Origin: Botryllus schlosseri
Taxonomy: Eukaryota
NCBI GenBank assembly: GCA_051294905.1
Contig: CM119372.1
Location: 11,658,001 to 11,722,000, forward strand
Direction: 5' to 3'
DNA: 64,000 nt
Positions within the stretch are counted from its first letter, which is position 1. Each line of letters starts with the position of its first letter. Made by a program: the position numbers and the translations under genes. Of the stretch, positions 51,182-64,000 are shown one piece after another. The notes beneath the pieces are model-generated. The model worked only from the letters and a program-made list of their open reading frames with translations, had not been told where the DNA came from and searched no databases.

Positions 51182-51973
51182 GAGAGATAGTGGAACATGG
51201 AGATGCCATTGTCAATCTGTTCGTTTTGTGGTTTGTTGCACTAAAATCTGATTACACAACAAAGCAGGTAGGGTGTTCCGTCACTGTTATTATATGTGGG
51301 TTCAGGTTGTATCCGAATTCCGAACATCACCGTCAGATATTTTAGTGTGTCGTTGATCTCCTAGCGTAACATTTGCCTGGCATGCCAGGTCGAATTCATG
51401 CAACGTTTATAACGTCACCGAAGATAGGAAGGAGCGTACATACGTGACGTCATTTATTAAACGGAATACCCTCAAGTCAGGTCAAATTTGTGAGATGGGA
51501 TGGTAACCACATACCCCGCATTATACATCAGTAGCAGAAATATGCATGGGTATCTGAACAGCGGACACGAACAACGAAAGTATCGGATCTATTTATACTA
51601 ACAGGAAATCTAACGCCATGGTGATATTATATCATGGTGCAATTGACGTAATAAGTTCTTTCCGAATTTATTGCGCTCCACAACGATAGCTTCATCATCA
51701 TTCCCGTGAGTTAGTGTCAAATCATTCATTCCGTCGAGAAGTTGTAAGACAGGATTTAGTTGAGCATAACCTTTCGAATTAACCACGGATTTCAGACCGC
51801 CGTGGAAGAACGCGAAGCCGTAATTTTTAACTCGTACTGACCCCAAAGGATCTTGCAGCAACTGATAAGAACGCGCCAAACGAGAGAGGGTTGTCTATGC
51901 GGCAATGTCCATCTATCCATAATAAAACCAATCGTCACCAAACTGTTTATACAAGCACTGGCATCAACTATAT

Positions 51974-52776
51974 CAGGGATGGCCAACCTTTTTCCCATTC
52001 ACGGCCGCGTTTCGACTATACTAATGTAGCCTACGGCCGCATTCCACGACATAGTGGTAATGAACTAGATGGACGCCAAATACCCATGTTAAACTGTCTA
52101 TGTCCATTTCCGGGGCACTCCGGACTAATTTATTTAATAGTAGAGGCTTACTATACGCACCGAAATTGCGAGTGGTGACTGGCCATGTTATGGGGTTGCT
52201 CATAGTCGCGCGAAGCGCGAAAATTTGTTCAGATTCACTAATGAATTTCGTCATTAATATTAGTTGTTTTACATATCACTATCAAACATTTATGCTTTCT
52301 CAGCCCATGTGATCAGATTCACAGGTATAGTTGATGGAGGGGTGTTTTCGAGCATTTAGGGCAAGTTATAAATGGTGTTGATGATGCCTCTTCGGCTGGG
52401 CCAATTGTTATTAGTCACTTTGTTGCATGCTGTTATTTCTTGACCTCCCATCAGGATTGTCGGTATAGGGAGGAGAACACGATTCCGAGTTGGTATTTCT
52501 GTATAAGGCGCATCATTTTCCTCTGCTACTCGCATCTGTACTGTGGGGCTCTGATTGCAAAATGCGCTACTATATAAAAATCGAAAAATTAAGTCACATT
52601 GAATTGCGCACTGCGCAAAGAAAATTTCAAGAATAATTAAAATCTCTCAAGAAACTGGGAGTCAATTCGTAAATTCAAATTGCATGTCGACGTCCGCCTA
52701 CACCCACTAATTGAATTACGTGTCCAGTCCACGGCCGCACAAATTTCCTTCTACGGCCGCAGGTTTGCCACCCCTG
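51974..52776. mobile_element. hAT MITE (CAGGGATGGCCAACC termini)
   Basis: TIR CAGGGATGGCCAACC / GGTTTGCCACCCCTG; perfect TSD AACTATAT. Confidence 0.82.
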
Positions 52777-54043
52777 AACTATATTGTCTCCATGTATAAA
52801 GTGCGATTAGAGTTCGATCAGACATTTCGCGTATCCCAGGTTGCGCCTGTCAATGATTCTATATCAGTGATGGTTCTTAGCCTTTACAATACTGGCGAAC
52901 CCATACGATAATCTGTTAAGACTTCGGCGAACGCCTAATCTACGCGCAGTCACGAAAACAAGAATTATCACATTACGCTTCTAATTCACCACTATACAAT
53001 ACTAATGAACAGAATTATCTGAGCATCAGCAACAGTGTTAAACGAACAAAACCATTTATACACAATTTTCACACGAATCAAAAATATTATAATGAACATA
53101 TATACTGCATATCAGTGTGACTTCTCTGTGTGAGTCGGATGTGTTTCTTAACCTCCACCGAGTTCGTTTGAATCCCGGTTAATAACCGCGGTTTTAAATA
53201 GATATCAATCAATATGTATATTTATCATTCATTTGGAAATCCTTTCGGCGTTGCAAAAGGCAATGGACAACATCAAATATAAATTTAAAATCAAGAATCG
53301 ATGTGAGTTTGAAACAGCTTGCTGAAAGCAATCCTATCACTCCAATTTAATGAAAAATTGTATACTTGAGCCTCGACGATTAGCGTGTGATGTTATCATT
53401 AGTAATTTAGTATCGCCTCGTGACCTTCCACCCTTCGCGTATTTACGCCAAGTGGAAATCCTGACACCGTCTTAATACGTGTGTGAAAAGCTGAGGAATT
53501 ACTTCTCATAAAATGTAAACCAATACCGATTTGTTCACGAGTAATATAGCTTGACTGAATTGATCTCTGATAAGCTAAACAAGGTTTTAGCGATGCATTC
53601 TATTTACAAAACATCAGAAATCTATACCCAATAGTGCAGCTATGAGTATTCAAAGAACTACAGGGTTAGCATATATTCCGTATGCGCATGGAAAATATCG
53701 TCTTCATTGATTTTTTGGTATTTGCTGTAGATTAAGTTCCAAAATTGAGCCCAATGGCTATAAGTTCGATTTCCGATGCAATCGTTTCACCGTCCTTTAA
53801 TTTACTAAGCAAACGCAAGAGGAGTTGAAAATCGATTACTTTGTTTTCTTTTTCATTTTGATTGTAAAAGGAAAATGCAAAACGTAACAGTCGATGTGTG
53901 AAACTGCTCATGCTCATGCACAAACGCACATACGTATACGTAATTACGTATACGCTCATGATTCTACGTTTCACATATGCAACGCAATAATTCCACCGAA
54001 TTTACGCATTCGTCTCCACGGCGAGATAACGCAGTGGTATCAT

Positions 54044-55346
54044 TAGGATTGCATTTAAAACAAACTCAACTTAAAAGAGACATGTTTAAAACAAGGCCCT
54101 AATTTAAAACATGTTTTTTATTGTTGTTGTTTTGTGTTGTTCAAGTCATGACGTCAAGAATATTCAATTGTGACGTCATATTGGAATGACATTGACAATT
54201 GAAAATATAGAGTAAATATAGCTCTTTTGACGAAATATCTGTACTAATAATGTTGAACCGACTATTTTTAGGGTTCCAACTAGGGATGGTGTGAACCTCT
54301 GAAAGGTTCAGGCTCGTGTGAACGCGAACGTGAGCCTCATGACGTCACGTGACGTCATATTGCTAATTCCAACCATACCAGCCTGTATTAATGTACAGAT
54401 CGGGGTCCGAGTATTCCACGTTGATATTAAACAGAGTGTAAAACGGGTTTCTATACTTGCTATACAGATATTACCCCATTAACAAGTTATACAGCAGTAG
54501 CCAACACCCCAATCGCACGGATTTGGTTTTTATGATACAAACATATGAAATGAAGATTGACCCCGTATGCCTGCTACATTTTTTTACGTCAGACAACGAT
54601 ATCAATTTCATTGATCGGTTGAATATGCATCATTCGCTATAACTATACCTACATGTAGTATATTTTGCGCTTGATGTTATATGATTGCGGGTCAAGCTCT
54701 CACAGCAGAGAGTCACTAAATATTCGCATATGGAAAGCTGGATATTTCGAGCAAACCTTTGTAACAAAGCAAGTAAAGTTTTTGAGACTGTCAAGGTGCA
54801 TGCTGGTTTAGTGTTGCTTTTTTATGCTGCCAACGCCATTGATGGAGTGACCCGCAGTTAAAATGTAATAAATGTTATAATGAAGTGAAATTGGTGATAT
54901 TCTATATGAAAAAGGTTCACAGTGCATAACCTACCAAGGCTCGTTTGTGAACGCGAACCTTTAAATTTCTGAGGTTCACATACAGAACGCGAACGAGAAC
55001 CTCACGTTCACACCATCCCTAGTTCCAACCATTCACTATATATCTATATACGTCGGCTATATCGGGTGGTAATTGTCCGTAGGCTCATACAGCATGTTTT
55101 TTGGAAGGTATTTAGACAATTATGGCAAAATCTTACAGCTTAAAAAAACACAATTTTGTGCGTCAGCCGAAAATATTCGGGTTTATTTCAATATGAATAT
55201 ACCATTCAATTGTATATTGAAGTTCTGTACCTCCAAGAAGCTCTTCAATTTTGTATTTTTAAAAAGGACTTTTTTTTTAAAACACTGTTTAAAACATGTT
55301 TTAAACAGAGTGTTTTGAAACACCGTTTGTTTTAAATGCAACCCTA
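54044..55346. mobile_element. hAT-type MITE (TAGGGTTGCATTTAAAACA family) nested in the SINE
   Basis: TIRs; TSD GGTATCAT/GGTATAAT; matches 36883-37335 once the inner MITE is removed. Confidence 0.85.
54281..55021 (+). mobile_element. hAT-type MITE, TAGGGATGGTGTGAAC family (copy 4, internally deleted)
   Basis: TIRs; perfect TSD GTTCCAAC. Confidence 0.9.
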
Positions 55347-56698
55347 GGTATAATTCACAGCTGCAACACCAATGGGTTGTGGATTTGAGTCCGACCGAGG
55401 TCGAATTCGGAATTCCTACCTAAATATTGGAGGTTTATCTAGGTTCCTTCTCGCCATATCATCCGGTAAGCGGTGTCTTATAGAAACCTAGAAGTGGGCC
55501 GTGCTACAAGTCGGCAGCTACTGAAGAAAATTGACCTGATGTAAATGACCACGACCATACTAGTCGACAAGCACTACGAATACCACAGACAACAACAACA
55601 ACTCGTCCTCCATCGTGATTAGGACGTGAACAGATTAAAATATCGTAGCTAGTTCGGCATTTTATATAATGGAAATCACAGATCGATATCATGATGTATT
55701 GGTACTATGGGCTTGATTTATTCTGTATAAAAGACTTTGCATGCGTAATATTTGTTGTTGTGGCATTTCAGGGCAGAACGTTGCTGCGTGTACTCCATGC
55801 AATCCCTATTGTCACATATGCAAAATTGCACATTTAAGATTCGTTCTAGGACGCTGTATTCAACGCATGTCCATACAACGCCCGAAATTCTGTCATTCTT
55901 CCTATTTACACACGGATGCCTTAGTTGCGACGGAACAACATTTTATTACTTTCTTCGATAATCGAGCAAATGGAAATCGTACGGTATACCTCCAATGCAG
56001 TGTGTCACTTGTCGAGCGTCTTGTGCAGGCTCGACCTACATATATGGTACCTTACTGATCCGGCAGATTACATGCGATGATACCTGTAACTGGCGAAGTG
56101 GCCATCGTTCTAGACCGGAGGCGTAAACACGTAAAAATGTGAACGCGGCATGATGTTTGCGTGTCTCGCAGCAGGTGTCTACCATATGTTTGATTCAGCA
56201 ACTCTTTCTTGTGGCCAGAGGCGACCCGATCTTTCTCCGTGTGAATATTGTTATCGATTTAATCTCGTCACAGACACTTTGATTTATGGCTTCGGTTATT
56301 AGCTGCCGAACACGCAGGTGTTGCGACTTGGGATAAGCTGCGGTGACGTTGAATGTCAGGTAATCATCACAAAAGGACGGATGTTTGCTACTATGAAGTG
56401 AAACAATGGGCTTAACACACTTCTTCTGTTGTCAACACAGTTCTATAATATGAGACTGATGATAACCATTTTCTTATCTCTGTCAGCACGTTTTCAACAT
56501 AAGATGTCATGAGACTAAACATATATCTGTGCCTGGAATCTGGCACAACATCAAGTCCACCCCGAGGTATTTACCAAGACTTGTTAATCGCTGGAAATGG
56601 TAAAATCTTTGTGGCTAAAGCTTAGCTTTCGTGTAACGATTGGCAAGGGGTGTTGTTTATTTAGGTGTGTATATTCATGGTTTCAAAAGATTGATCAG

Positions 56699-57553
56699 TA
56701 GGGCAAATTTTTGTTGCACTAAAATTGCGATAAAGTTGAACTTAATTTCGACAAAAGTTGCAGTAAAAAGTTGCGTTTATATTTTTGTTGGATTAGTAGG
56801 GTATGAGATACTCGAAAGGTTCCGCTGTATAACCTTAGTTCCTGTAAAGCTGTCAATTCACGCTCATTCTGGCGAGATGGCCAAAAATTACTTTTTTCTC
56901 GGTACACAAGAAAATCACGCAATGCGGGAATGATTTTCCCCAAAAAAGCCAAACAGCATAGCGACAATCCCCTCCCCCTAAAACCAGTCAAATAACACAC
57001 CCCGAACCCTCTAAGTCTGCAAACTTGACCCAAGGCGTTGCGTAAAAACTCACTCTTGGCGACTTTAACAAAATCAATAGCCTCTAAATTAAGTGACCCA
57101 ATGAAAATGTAATTTTCGGCGGTCTCGCCTGGGCGTTCGTGAAATGGGAAACTATCTCAAATTTAAACGATAGAAATAATAAAGCGATCTATTTACATTT
57201 GTTCGGCGGTATTGACAGGGGTGGTTGAACTTCTTGCTTGTAAGCCATCGTGTTATAGATAACAGGGAGATGCAGCTAACCCATCATAACTGTTTGTTAT
57301 GCAAATCAAAGAGAATAAAACCAAACTAGAAATAGTTTATAGCATGTTTTTAAATGACTCCTTTACATTTTTACGCAATATCTGATAAAAGTTGCAGTAA
57401 AAATTGGTATGAAAAACAGAGAAAAGTTGCAAAAAGTTACACTATAAAATCCCTCCAAACAGCTTAAAACATCATAGTACATCGATGCTGGGGATCTAGG
57501 AAGCTGTCGGAAGCTGTGAAAAGAAGTTGCAAAAGTTGCAAAAACTTGCCCTA
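56699..57553. mobile_element. hAT-type MITE (TAGGGCAA termini, AAAAGTTGC subterminal repeats)
   Basis: TIR TAGGGCAA / TTGCCCTA; TSD TTGATCAG/TTGATAAG. Confidence 0.8.
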
Positions 57554-57599
57554 TTGATAAGACGTGATTGCAGTGCATTCGTAGTGAGATATAGATACG

Positions 57600-59460
57600 T
57601 AAGGATGGTGCGAACCCCTAAAAGGTTCAGGTTCTTGTGAACGCGAGCCTTTTTAAAAGGTTCTGTGTGAACGCGAACGTGAACCTTATGACGTGACGTG
57701 ACGTCCAAACCCTACATTTCAGTGACTTGATATATTAATGTACACCATGGCTAGCGACGACTCGGTCAGCATAAGCCACAATGCTTAATTAAGTAGATGC
57801 TGTTTTAAACGTCACCAATTGTATCAACTGGAGCAATCAAATGCTATATAATAAAATCAATATCTTCCGTCGCTTTGCCAACAATTTCGACGAGGACTTA
57901 CAAGGGAACATAAGATTATTAAAACTATTGCTACATTGGTATTGAGCAGAGAGTAAAATGGGTATCTATACTTTCTACAGATATTACCCCATAAACAAGT
58001 TATACAGTGGCCAACGCCCCAATCGCATGGATTTGGTTTATATGATACAATAAACATATCAAATCAAGATGGATCCCGTACGCCTGCTAGATTTTTTACA
58101 TTAGACAGCGATGTATTCTTTATATCAGTGGTCGGGAACCTATGGCTCGCGAGTCATATATGGCTCTTTTGGGTATAAGATATGGCTCTTTGCCAAATAT
58201 GTATTATTGTACTGAATTAATCAATATTGCAGCGACTTGTTGGTAAATTTTCATCACGGCCAGAATAAATATTCTCGTGGCAGTATAAACATGTATTTGA
58301 GAAGTAAAGAGAATGTCGTCTTCAGGTTTATAGGCTCGGACTCCTTCTTTTCAAAATCATCAAATTTATGTTACTGTCACTCGCCAACATCGATCGCGAA
58401 TTCTATGTCCCGGGCTCGAAATCTTGAATTGTGCGATACGTTGATTAATCAAAGAGCATAGCAGACATGGCGACGTCCATTTCAAAACGCAGCTTTCAAA
58501 TACGCATTGTCTTACTGATCTACGGCGCGAAATGAACTGTTGTGGATGTGAGTAATAAAAACTCGAATTATAAGCAACGTCATAGCTATCCACGTCCTTG
58601 ATTGGTAGTACAGCTCCTTGTAATATACTGGCGATAAAATGTAGGCGTGTTGCGCAACGTTATGTTACTGCCGAATACTTTGCGAACTGAGAACTCGATA
58701 AGTATTTCGATTTTCGGAATCAGTGTGACAGTCCCATTCGATTAATATCAGTTGTAATAAATTCTAAGCTACTCATGAGGAATTGCGTTATCAATGGTGA
58801 GGCTTGGCCCGTCTGTGCCTTACCTCTCGTTTCGAGCTTTATTTTCGAACAATGAATACCAGTTTTTACAGAGAAAATATGGCGCTCACGAGGAATCCCA
58901 TGTAGTGAGTTCGAATTAGTGCTACCATGACGTCACGAATTTTCAATTGTGACGTAACAGTTGATTGACATGTATGGCTCTTCGGGAGTTGAGATGGCAA
59001 AAATAGGGCCAATATGGCTCTTCGGACAAAAAAGGTTCCCGACCACTGCTTTATATCAATTTCACTGATTGTTTGAATAAGCATCATTCGCTGACTTCCC
59101 ACATGTAGTGTATTTTCGTTCTTGATGTTGTGTTATTGCGGGTCAAGCTCACAGCAGAGAGTCACTAAATATCAACAAACGGAAAGCTGAATATTTCGAG
59201 CGAACCTTTGTAACAAAGCAAGTAAAATATTTGAGATTGGCTAGGTGCATGCTCGTTTAGTGTTGATTTTTTATGCTGCCAGCGCCAACCATAGAGAGGT
59301 CCGAAGTTGAAATGCAAAGAATTTCAACCAAAGATTTTATAATGACGTTAAAAATTGTAATATATGAAAAAGGTTCACAGTGCAGAACCTACCAAGGTGC
59401 GTTTGTGAACGTGAACCTCTAAATTTCTGAGGTTCACACACAGACCACGAACCATCCCTA
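57600..59460 (+). mobile_element. hAT-type MITE, TAGGGATGGTGTGAAC family (copy 5, diverged, with nested insertion)
   Basis: Degenerate TIRs TAAGGATGGTGCGAAC / ACCATCCCTA; internal homology to the other copies; ATAGATA in both flanks. Confidence 0.82.
58126..59048. mobile_element. hAT MITE (CAGTGGTCGGGAACC termini, TATGGCTC repeats) nested in copy 5
   Basis: Perfect 15-bp TIR; perfect TSD CTTTATAT. Confidence 0.88.
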
Positions 59461-60060
59461 ATAGATAGCCTATAGACATCCTTTTAGATTTGAAAAAAAA
59501 TGGTTCACATTTTAGATCTGGGGATATGATGAGATCCTAGAAAATAGTACTGAGATTTACAGAGTGCATGAAAAATAGCGGACTTGCTATATAGCTATAT
59601 CGGTACATAGCATTTTTTCATGAACTTCGTACACACATCGGGGAATTGTGTCTTATGGAAGTGAAACACTAGCTATTTTACTATGCTGCAGTTTTATTTT
59701 AAACAAATGAAGTAGTTATGGAATGTATTTTCAAATGACGGCCACTAATTAGAAGTTCTAGTTGAAATATGTCACATTTAGATATCGGTCGAAATATTGG
59801 CGTTACGGTAAACGTATGTCATATTCATGATTTCGGTATCTTTTGAAAATTCTGATATCGGTCGAACACAAGTCATGATTACTGTGCAAGGTAATTAACA
59901 CGACAAAGTCGCAAAATTAAATTCCCGAAAGAGTCCAAGTGCATTTCCATGCCAACGCATCTTCACCCATAAGATTGCTTGGTTTCGCCATCCGTTGTGT
60001 TTTTATATTGCGCATGGTTACCGTGAGTTGAAGACATCAACCCACTGTATGGGGGATATA

Positions 60061-60141
60061 TGTGAGTGTGTTTGCCTTTGTGTGTGTGTGTGTGTGTGTG
60101 TGTGTTTGTGTGTGCATATGTATGTGTGTGTGTTTGTGTGC
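60061..60141. repeat. Imperfect (TG)n microsatellite
   Basis: Directly visible TG runs. Confidence 0.9.
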
Positions 60142-61941
60142 ATTGTGCAGTTTGCATGCATGAACTGGAATTTGCGTCTTCTAAATTGTTGTAATTTCGC
60201 TAGTTTATAATGTCGTATAATGCAACACTTAACCTGATAATTGTACGCATACAAACAAATCTCCCGATTTGTACCCCGCACAAGTAATCTACAGATCCTC
60301 CCACTTGACTCATGTTGGTTGAGATCACGGACATAAGAAAAGAGTACTTCTAAACTCGGGGCCAACGATATTCGAATATAGTAGGCCCCGCTCAACTGCT
60401 TGTATGTGAACTGTATCGGGATCAGTACGTGTACAAGTTTCCTAGTGATCGATCAAGAATACGACAATTTCATGTCTAATTTCCAAAATGCAAGAACAAA
60501 ATTCGTTAAATTAAATAAACCGTGAAATTTAACGACATTAGGTAGCATGACAGAGGCTAACAAGCAGCCATGTCGCATTGCATTTTGGGTTAATTTATAT
60601 TTTCACTGGTCCACAAAATTTGTTTTGAAATTTTATCGGCCCGCAACCTCAAACAGGTTGAGAACCATTGACATAGAAGATATTATATATAGCTCTATAT
60701 ATCCCTGCTGGACGATATGCCTGTCGGTTAAGCGTATAATCAAAATGAGATGAACTTATACGCTTACACTTCACATAAGACTACCCTAGATTGTCGTTCA
60801 CGTCGTCTTCAATATATTTCGTTATGAAATGCGGGCATTTTATTTCTCGGTGACATCCATAGACCGCGATTGAAGAGTGTCGACATGTGCCGACGGAGGG
60901 CTAAAATTGTAAAATCACCCGTCGTCGGAAACGCGATAGAACTAGGAATGAGAATTTAAACCTCCCGCGTCTGCGATCTAAACCGCCGTCGGTCGCGGCG
61001 CTTTGCTACTTTTAAGTTATGAGTCACAAGTAGATCAAGAAGATATGATTATGATGTGTGAAATTCGGACGTTTAGCGGTGAGTGTTTTGCATGGGGAAT
61101 TTCAATTAGTTCGCTTGCAGCGCGGTCTGTAATGGTTCTAACGGAAACGTCGATAACAAACGGATTAGATGTGATCAGCATGTCGCGTAATTTCATTCCC
61201 CAAAGCTCGTAATGTAAAATACCATACGCTGTATCAGATGACGTATTAGTTTTACCTAGACGATATTAGTCAAAGCCACTGAGCGAGAGGTCAAATCACT
61301 TTTTATATTGTGTTCGTTTGGTAAAATTAACTATATACGCTCGCAGATTAGTCTAGACTAGGCGTTGGATCCGATTATTGGAGATTAAAATAGTTCGCGC
61401 TTACAGCGAGGCTCTTGAAAGCGTCTGCATCTCGAAAAGTGCACGCTCCAACACCCTTCGACGAGGTATAAGCACATTACAAGTACGGGTAGCGCTATAC
61501 ATACAATGCTTTGTCGGCACGGCTGGGACTGGCCAAACAAACACACGGACAAATTCGGCATAGGTCACTAAAAGGACAAGTGGAACTTATAGCAACAAAC
61601 CGCAGACTAGTCATCACCCTGATTACTCCACGCTCCATTCAGGATATTTCGAGGTACAAAGAAATCTACAAACTTCCACATGCGCTTGAGGGTAATTGCT
61701 TGTTTGTAATCTGCATCGGCTAGTTAACTCACTTACAAATCGCTATCCCTTGCTGTGCATTCCTCCACCTTTCATACGGAACGGTAATTGGCTACCTCAA
61801 CAGCAAACGAGCATCACGCATTAATTAAAGTAATTAGGAAGTTCATGAAGGTTTGCTCTCAAGACCGCTAAGAGGACACACTTCACTCAGTCCTTAAAAT
61901 ATGTAGTAGCCTAATAAGATGCATCAAGTCATGCTGTAAAT

Positions 61942-63078
61942 CAGGGGTGGGCAAACTACGGCCCGCGGGCCGCATGCGGCCCGCGACACCATTTTGCGCG
62001 GCCCGCGAAAGGCTCATGAATGATATTTAAAATATTGAAAAAATGCGCAGTAAAGATCTAATTTCTGGGGGGACTCGGAGGGACAGTTTCTCATTATATT
62101 TCACCAGGATAATTATAAGTTATATCCTTACTAGTATATTCTTATTTCATTGCTGGTGCGATAGCCCGACCTAAAGGTCCATGCATTTTAAAAGGTTTCA
62201 ATTGCTAGACATTAAAAAAGTCAAAATGGGAATGACTATGACATCACGAGTGTAATTTTACATTGGTTACTCCAGCAAGTGTATTACTTTTCGTGCTGTA
62301 GCCTACTTGTAAAAACCGATTCGCGCGTGTCGTAGGTAGATTCGTTCTCTATATGTGCAGAAGTATTTATATCTATAAAATCTCTATGCATCATATTTGA
62401 AGCTAACATGGTTATGACGCTGTCAGCATTGATTGTCCTGGAGTTGAACCAAAAGTAGAATCAGTAAATCTACAAGCAGATCACTGCACACAGATTCAAA
62501 TCTCCATCCTGTTCTAAGAATCGAGATTAACGACTTTTCATCCCTAGTTTAAAAAAAATAGGTTATATTGAGGTTGACCAGCACCTTATGAAATCTCGCC
62601 AGAGTTTCTGATGCGTGTACCATATTCTCAAATCAATGGTTGGTTGGTTTTAAATAAAAATATATATAACTTGCTTGCACATCCTCACTATATAATCAAA
62701 TACCAACATTGCGTTTTGGTTTATAATCCCAATTTTATATAGTGCGGCAGGCGAATGGATTTAGATGTTGAATGCTCGGTCCATGTCCTGAATGCCGCAG
62801 TAAACTGAGAAATTTTTCGCGCTTCGCGCGATTTACCTCCAGTTCATAGTTCTTGCTCTGTCTATTGTCCAATGTCCATATTTCATATACGGTATCACAA
62901 TTCTCTCGTTTTTCACTATCATAAAGGAGGGCTTGTCTAACAAAGTTTAGGAACCACTATTATATGATTAAATAACAATATTGCCTTTGCCTAATAATCT
63001 CAATTTAGGATAGTGCGGCCCGCGAATAGATTTAGATGTTGAATGCGGCCCGCGAGCCCAAAAGTTTGCCCACCCCTG
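61942..63078. mobile_element. hAT MITE (CAGGGGTGGGCAAACT termini)
   Basis: Perfect 16-bp TIR; perfect TSD CTGTAAAT; GGCCCGCG subterminal repeats. Confidence 0.9.
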
Positions 63079-63879
63079 CTGTAAATGGTCCTTAACAACG
63101 CTTTACGATACATTAAGCTGATGTTACTGCAACTTGTCCGACTCGCTTAACAATGCTAACTCGAATTTCTAAAGAACATTCGTCCATATCCCATTTTACA
63201 TCCTTCAATATCCTATAGCCGTAGTCGACGTCTACCGTAGTGAGGCAGAACAAACAGGCAAATATACAGGAAAGCGATATGGCTTGGATATTAATAGGCG
63301 AAAAGTTGCGGTGAAGTGTGATGTAGTAGGACCATTTGTCGTCCACGATACATGAACGGCACCGATGGATGTGGCTAATGGTCAGAACACTTAGTTGATC
63401 TCCAGTGTAAAACAAGAATACGCGTACTCACTTAGCAGCTATGTGAACAAATGTGGTCTCAGAGGCGCTTAAATCATTTATCAACATTAAATCCGCATTA
63501 TTCTGCCGAATAAATAACGATACGGGCAATTTCTTAATGGGTGATCGCAAAATTCGCTGTATCACCTTGCTCGCATAACGGCGATTCAAAACATTGACTT
63601 ATTTCGGCTGTGACGTTAGGAGAAGCCGAGAAGGATTAGATTATGCCGATGTTGTTCGTTATATAGAAAGGGATTATTTTGCATTGGAAGCGGTCATAAA
63701 GCGTTGACCCTGTTAGGAATACGACTATATATGTACAGAGGTGAATTATTGCAATAAAATATATTCCAATCTATTGGTGATAGAATCACGCAGTGCAAAT
63801 GCAGATGCAGGGTCACTTATGGTGTAGTCGAGGTCTTGTCAAATGAATGGTAGCGTATATCAGCGTATACTATCTAGAC

Positions 63880-64000
63880 CAGGGGTGGGCAAACTTTTGA
63901 GCTCGCGGGCCGCATTCAACATCTTAATCCATTCGCGGGCCGCACTATATAAAATTGGGATTATAAACCAAAGCACAATATCGGAATTGGACATGTAGCT
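63880..64000. mobile_element. Related hAT MITE in inverted orientation, cut by the window edge
   Basis: Starts CAGGGGTGGGCAAACTTTTG and is the reverse complement of the right end of 61942-63078; preceded by ATCTAGAC. Confidence 0.8.

Larger units (their letters stand above)
54020..55602 (+). mobile_element. tRNA(Cys-like)-derived SINE, split by two nested MITEs
   Basis: Head GGCGAGATAACGCAGTGGTAT (54020-54043) resumes at 55347; body matches 20700-20944; (CAA)n tail. Confidence 0.75.

Noticed and set aside
50674..51215. Repetitive ENGHYREWTLPRMDIT ORFs and a CRISPR-like appearance
   Set aside because: Translation of 17-bp tandem units in a foldback element; there are no unique spacers and the context is eukaryotic.
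59963..60395. HT/CV-rich ORFs
   Set aside because: Translations of the (TG)n microsatellite.
45000..64000. Hox4 exons or a miR-10 hairpin upstream of Hox3
   Set aside because: No homeobox, hexapeptide or TACCCTGTAG seed found by eye; they may lie outside the window.

Overview
Eukaryotic, AT-rich, transposon-dense animal genomic DNA, probably from a tunicate (inferred from the KRERTAY Hox3 homeodomain arm and intron-rich Hox structure; species not determinable here). The main gene is a five-coding-exon Hox3 on the minus strand: exons 44938-43468, 40129-39985, 36801-36608, 32078-31968 and 30308-29482, giving about 915 aa with a YPWM hexapeptide, an intron-split homeobox and a C-terminal LTHL. 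Downstream of Hox3, where no Hox2 is visible, lie three paralogous micro-genes that the ORF track misses. Two are complete three-exon genes and one is cut by the window edge. They encode 55-57 aa N/D/Q/G/Y-rich peptides with a doubled DN[HR][AS]NQxNPNNxR motif, and two of them share a promoter with a conserved NF-kB-like site. This family is the best candidate for an undescribed system. The rest is mostly non-autonomous DNA transposons, often nested: many hAT MITEs with 8-bp TSDs, a P/Galileo-like foldback element, and MULE-like, Chapaev3-like and pogo-like elements. tRNA-derived SINEs and a hAT transposase relic are also present. All gene models were spliced by hand from the sequence; no database search was run.
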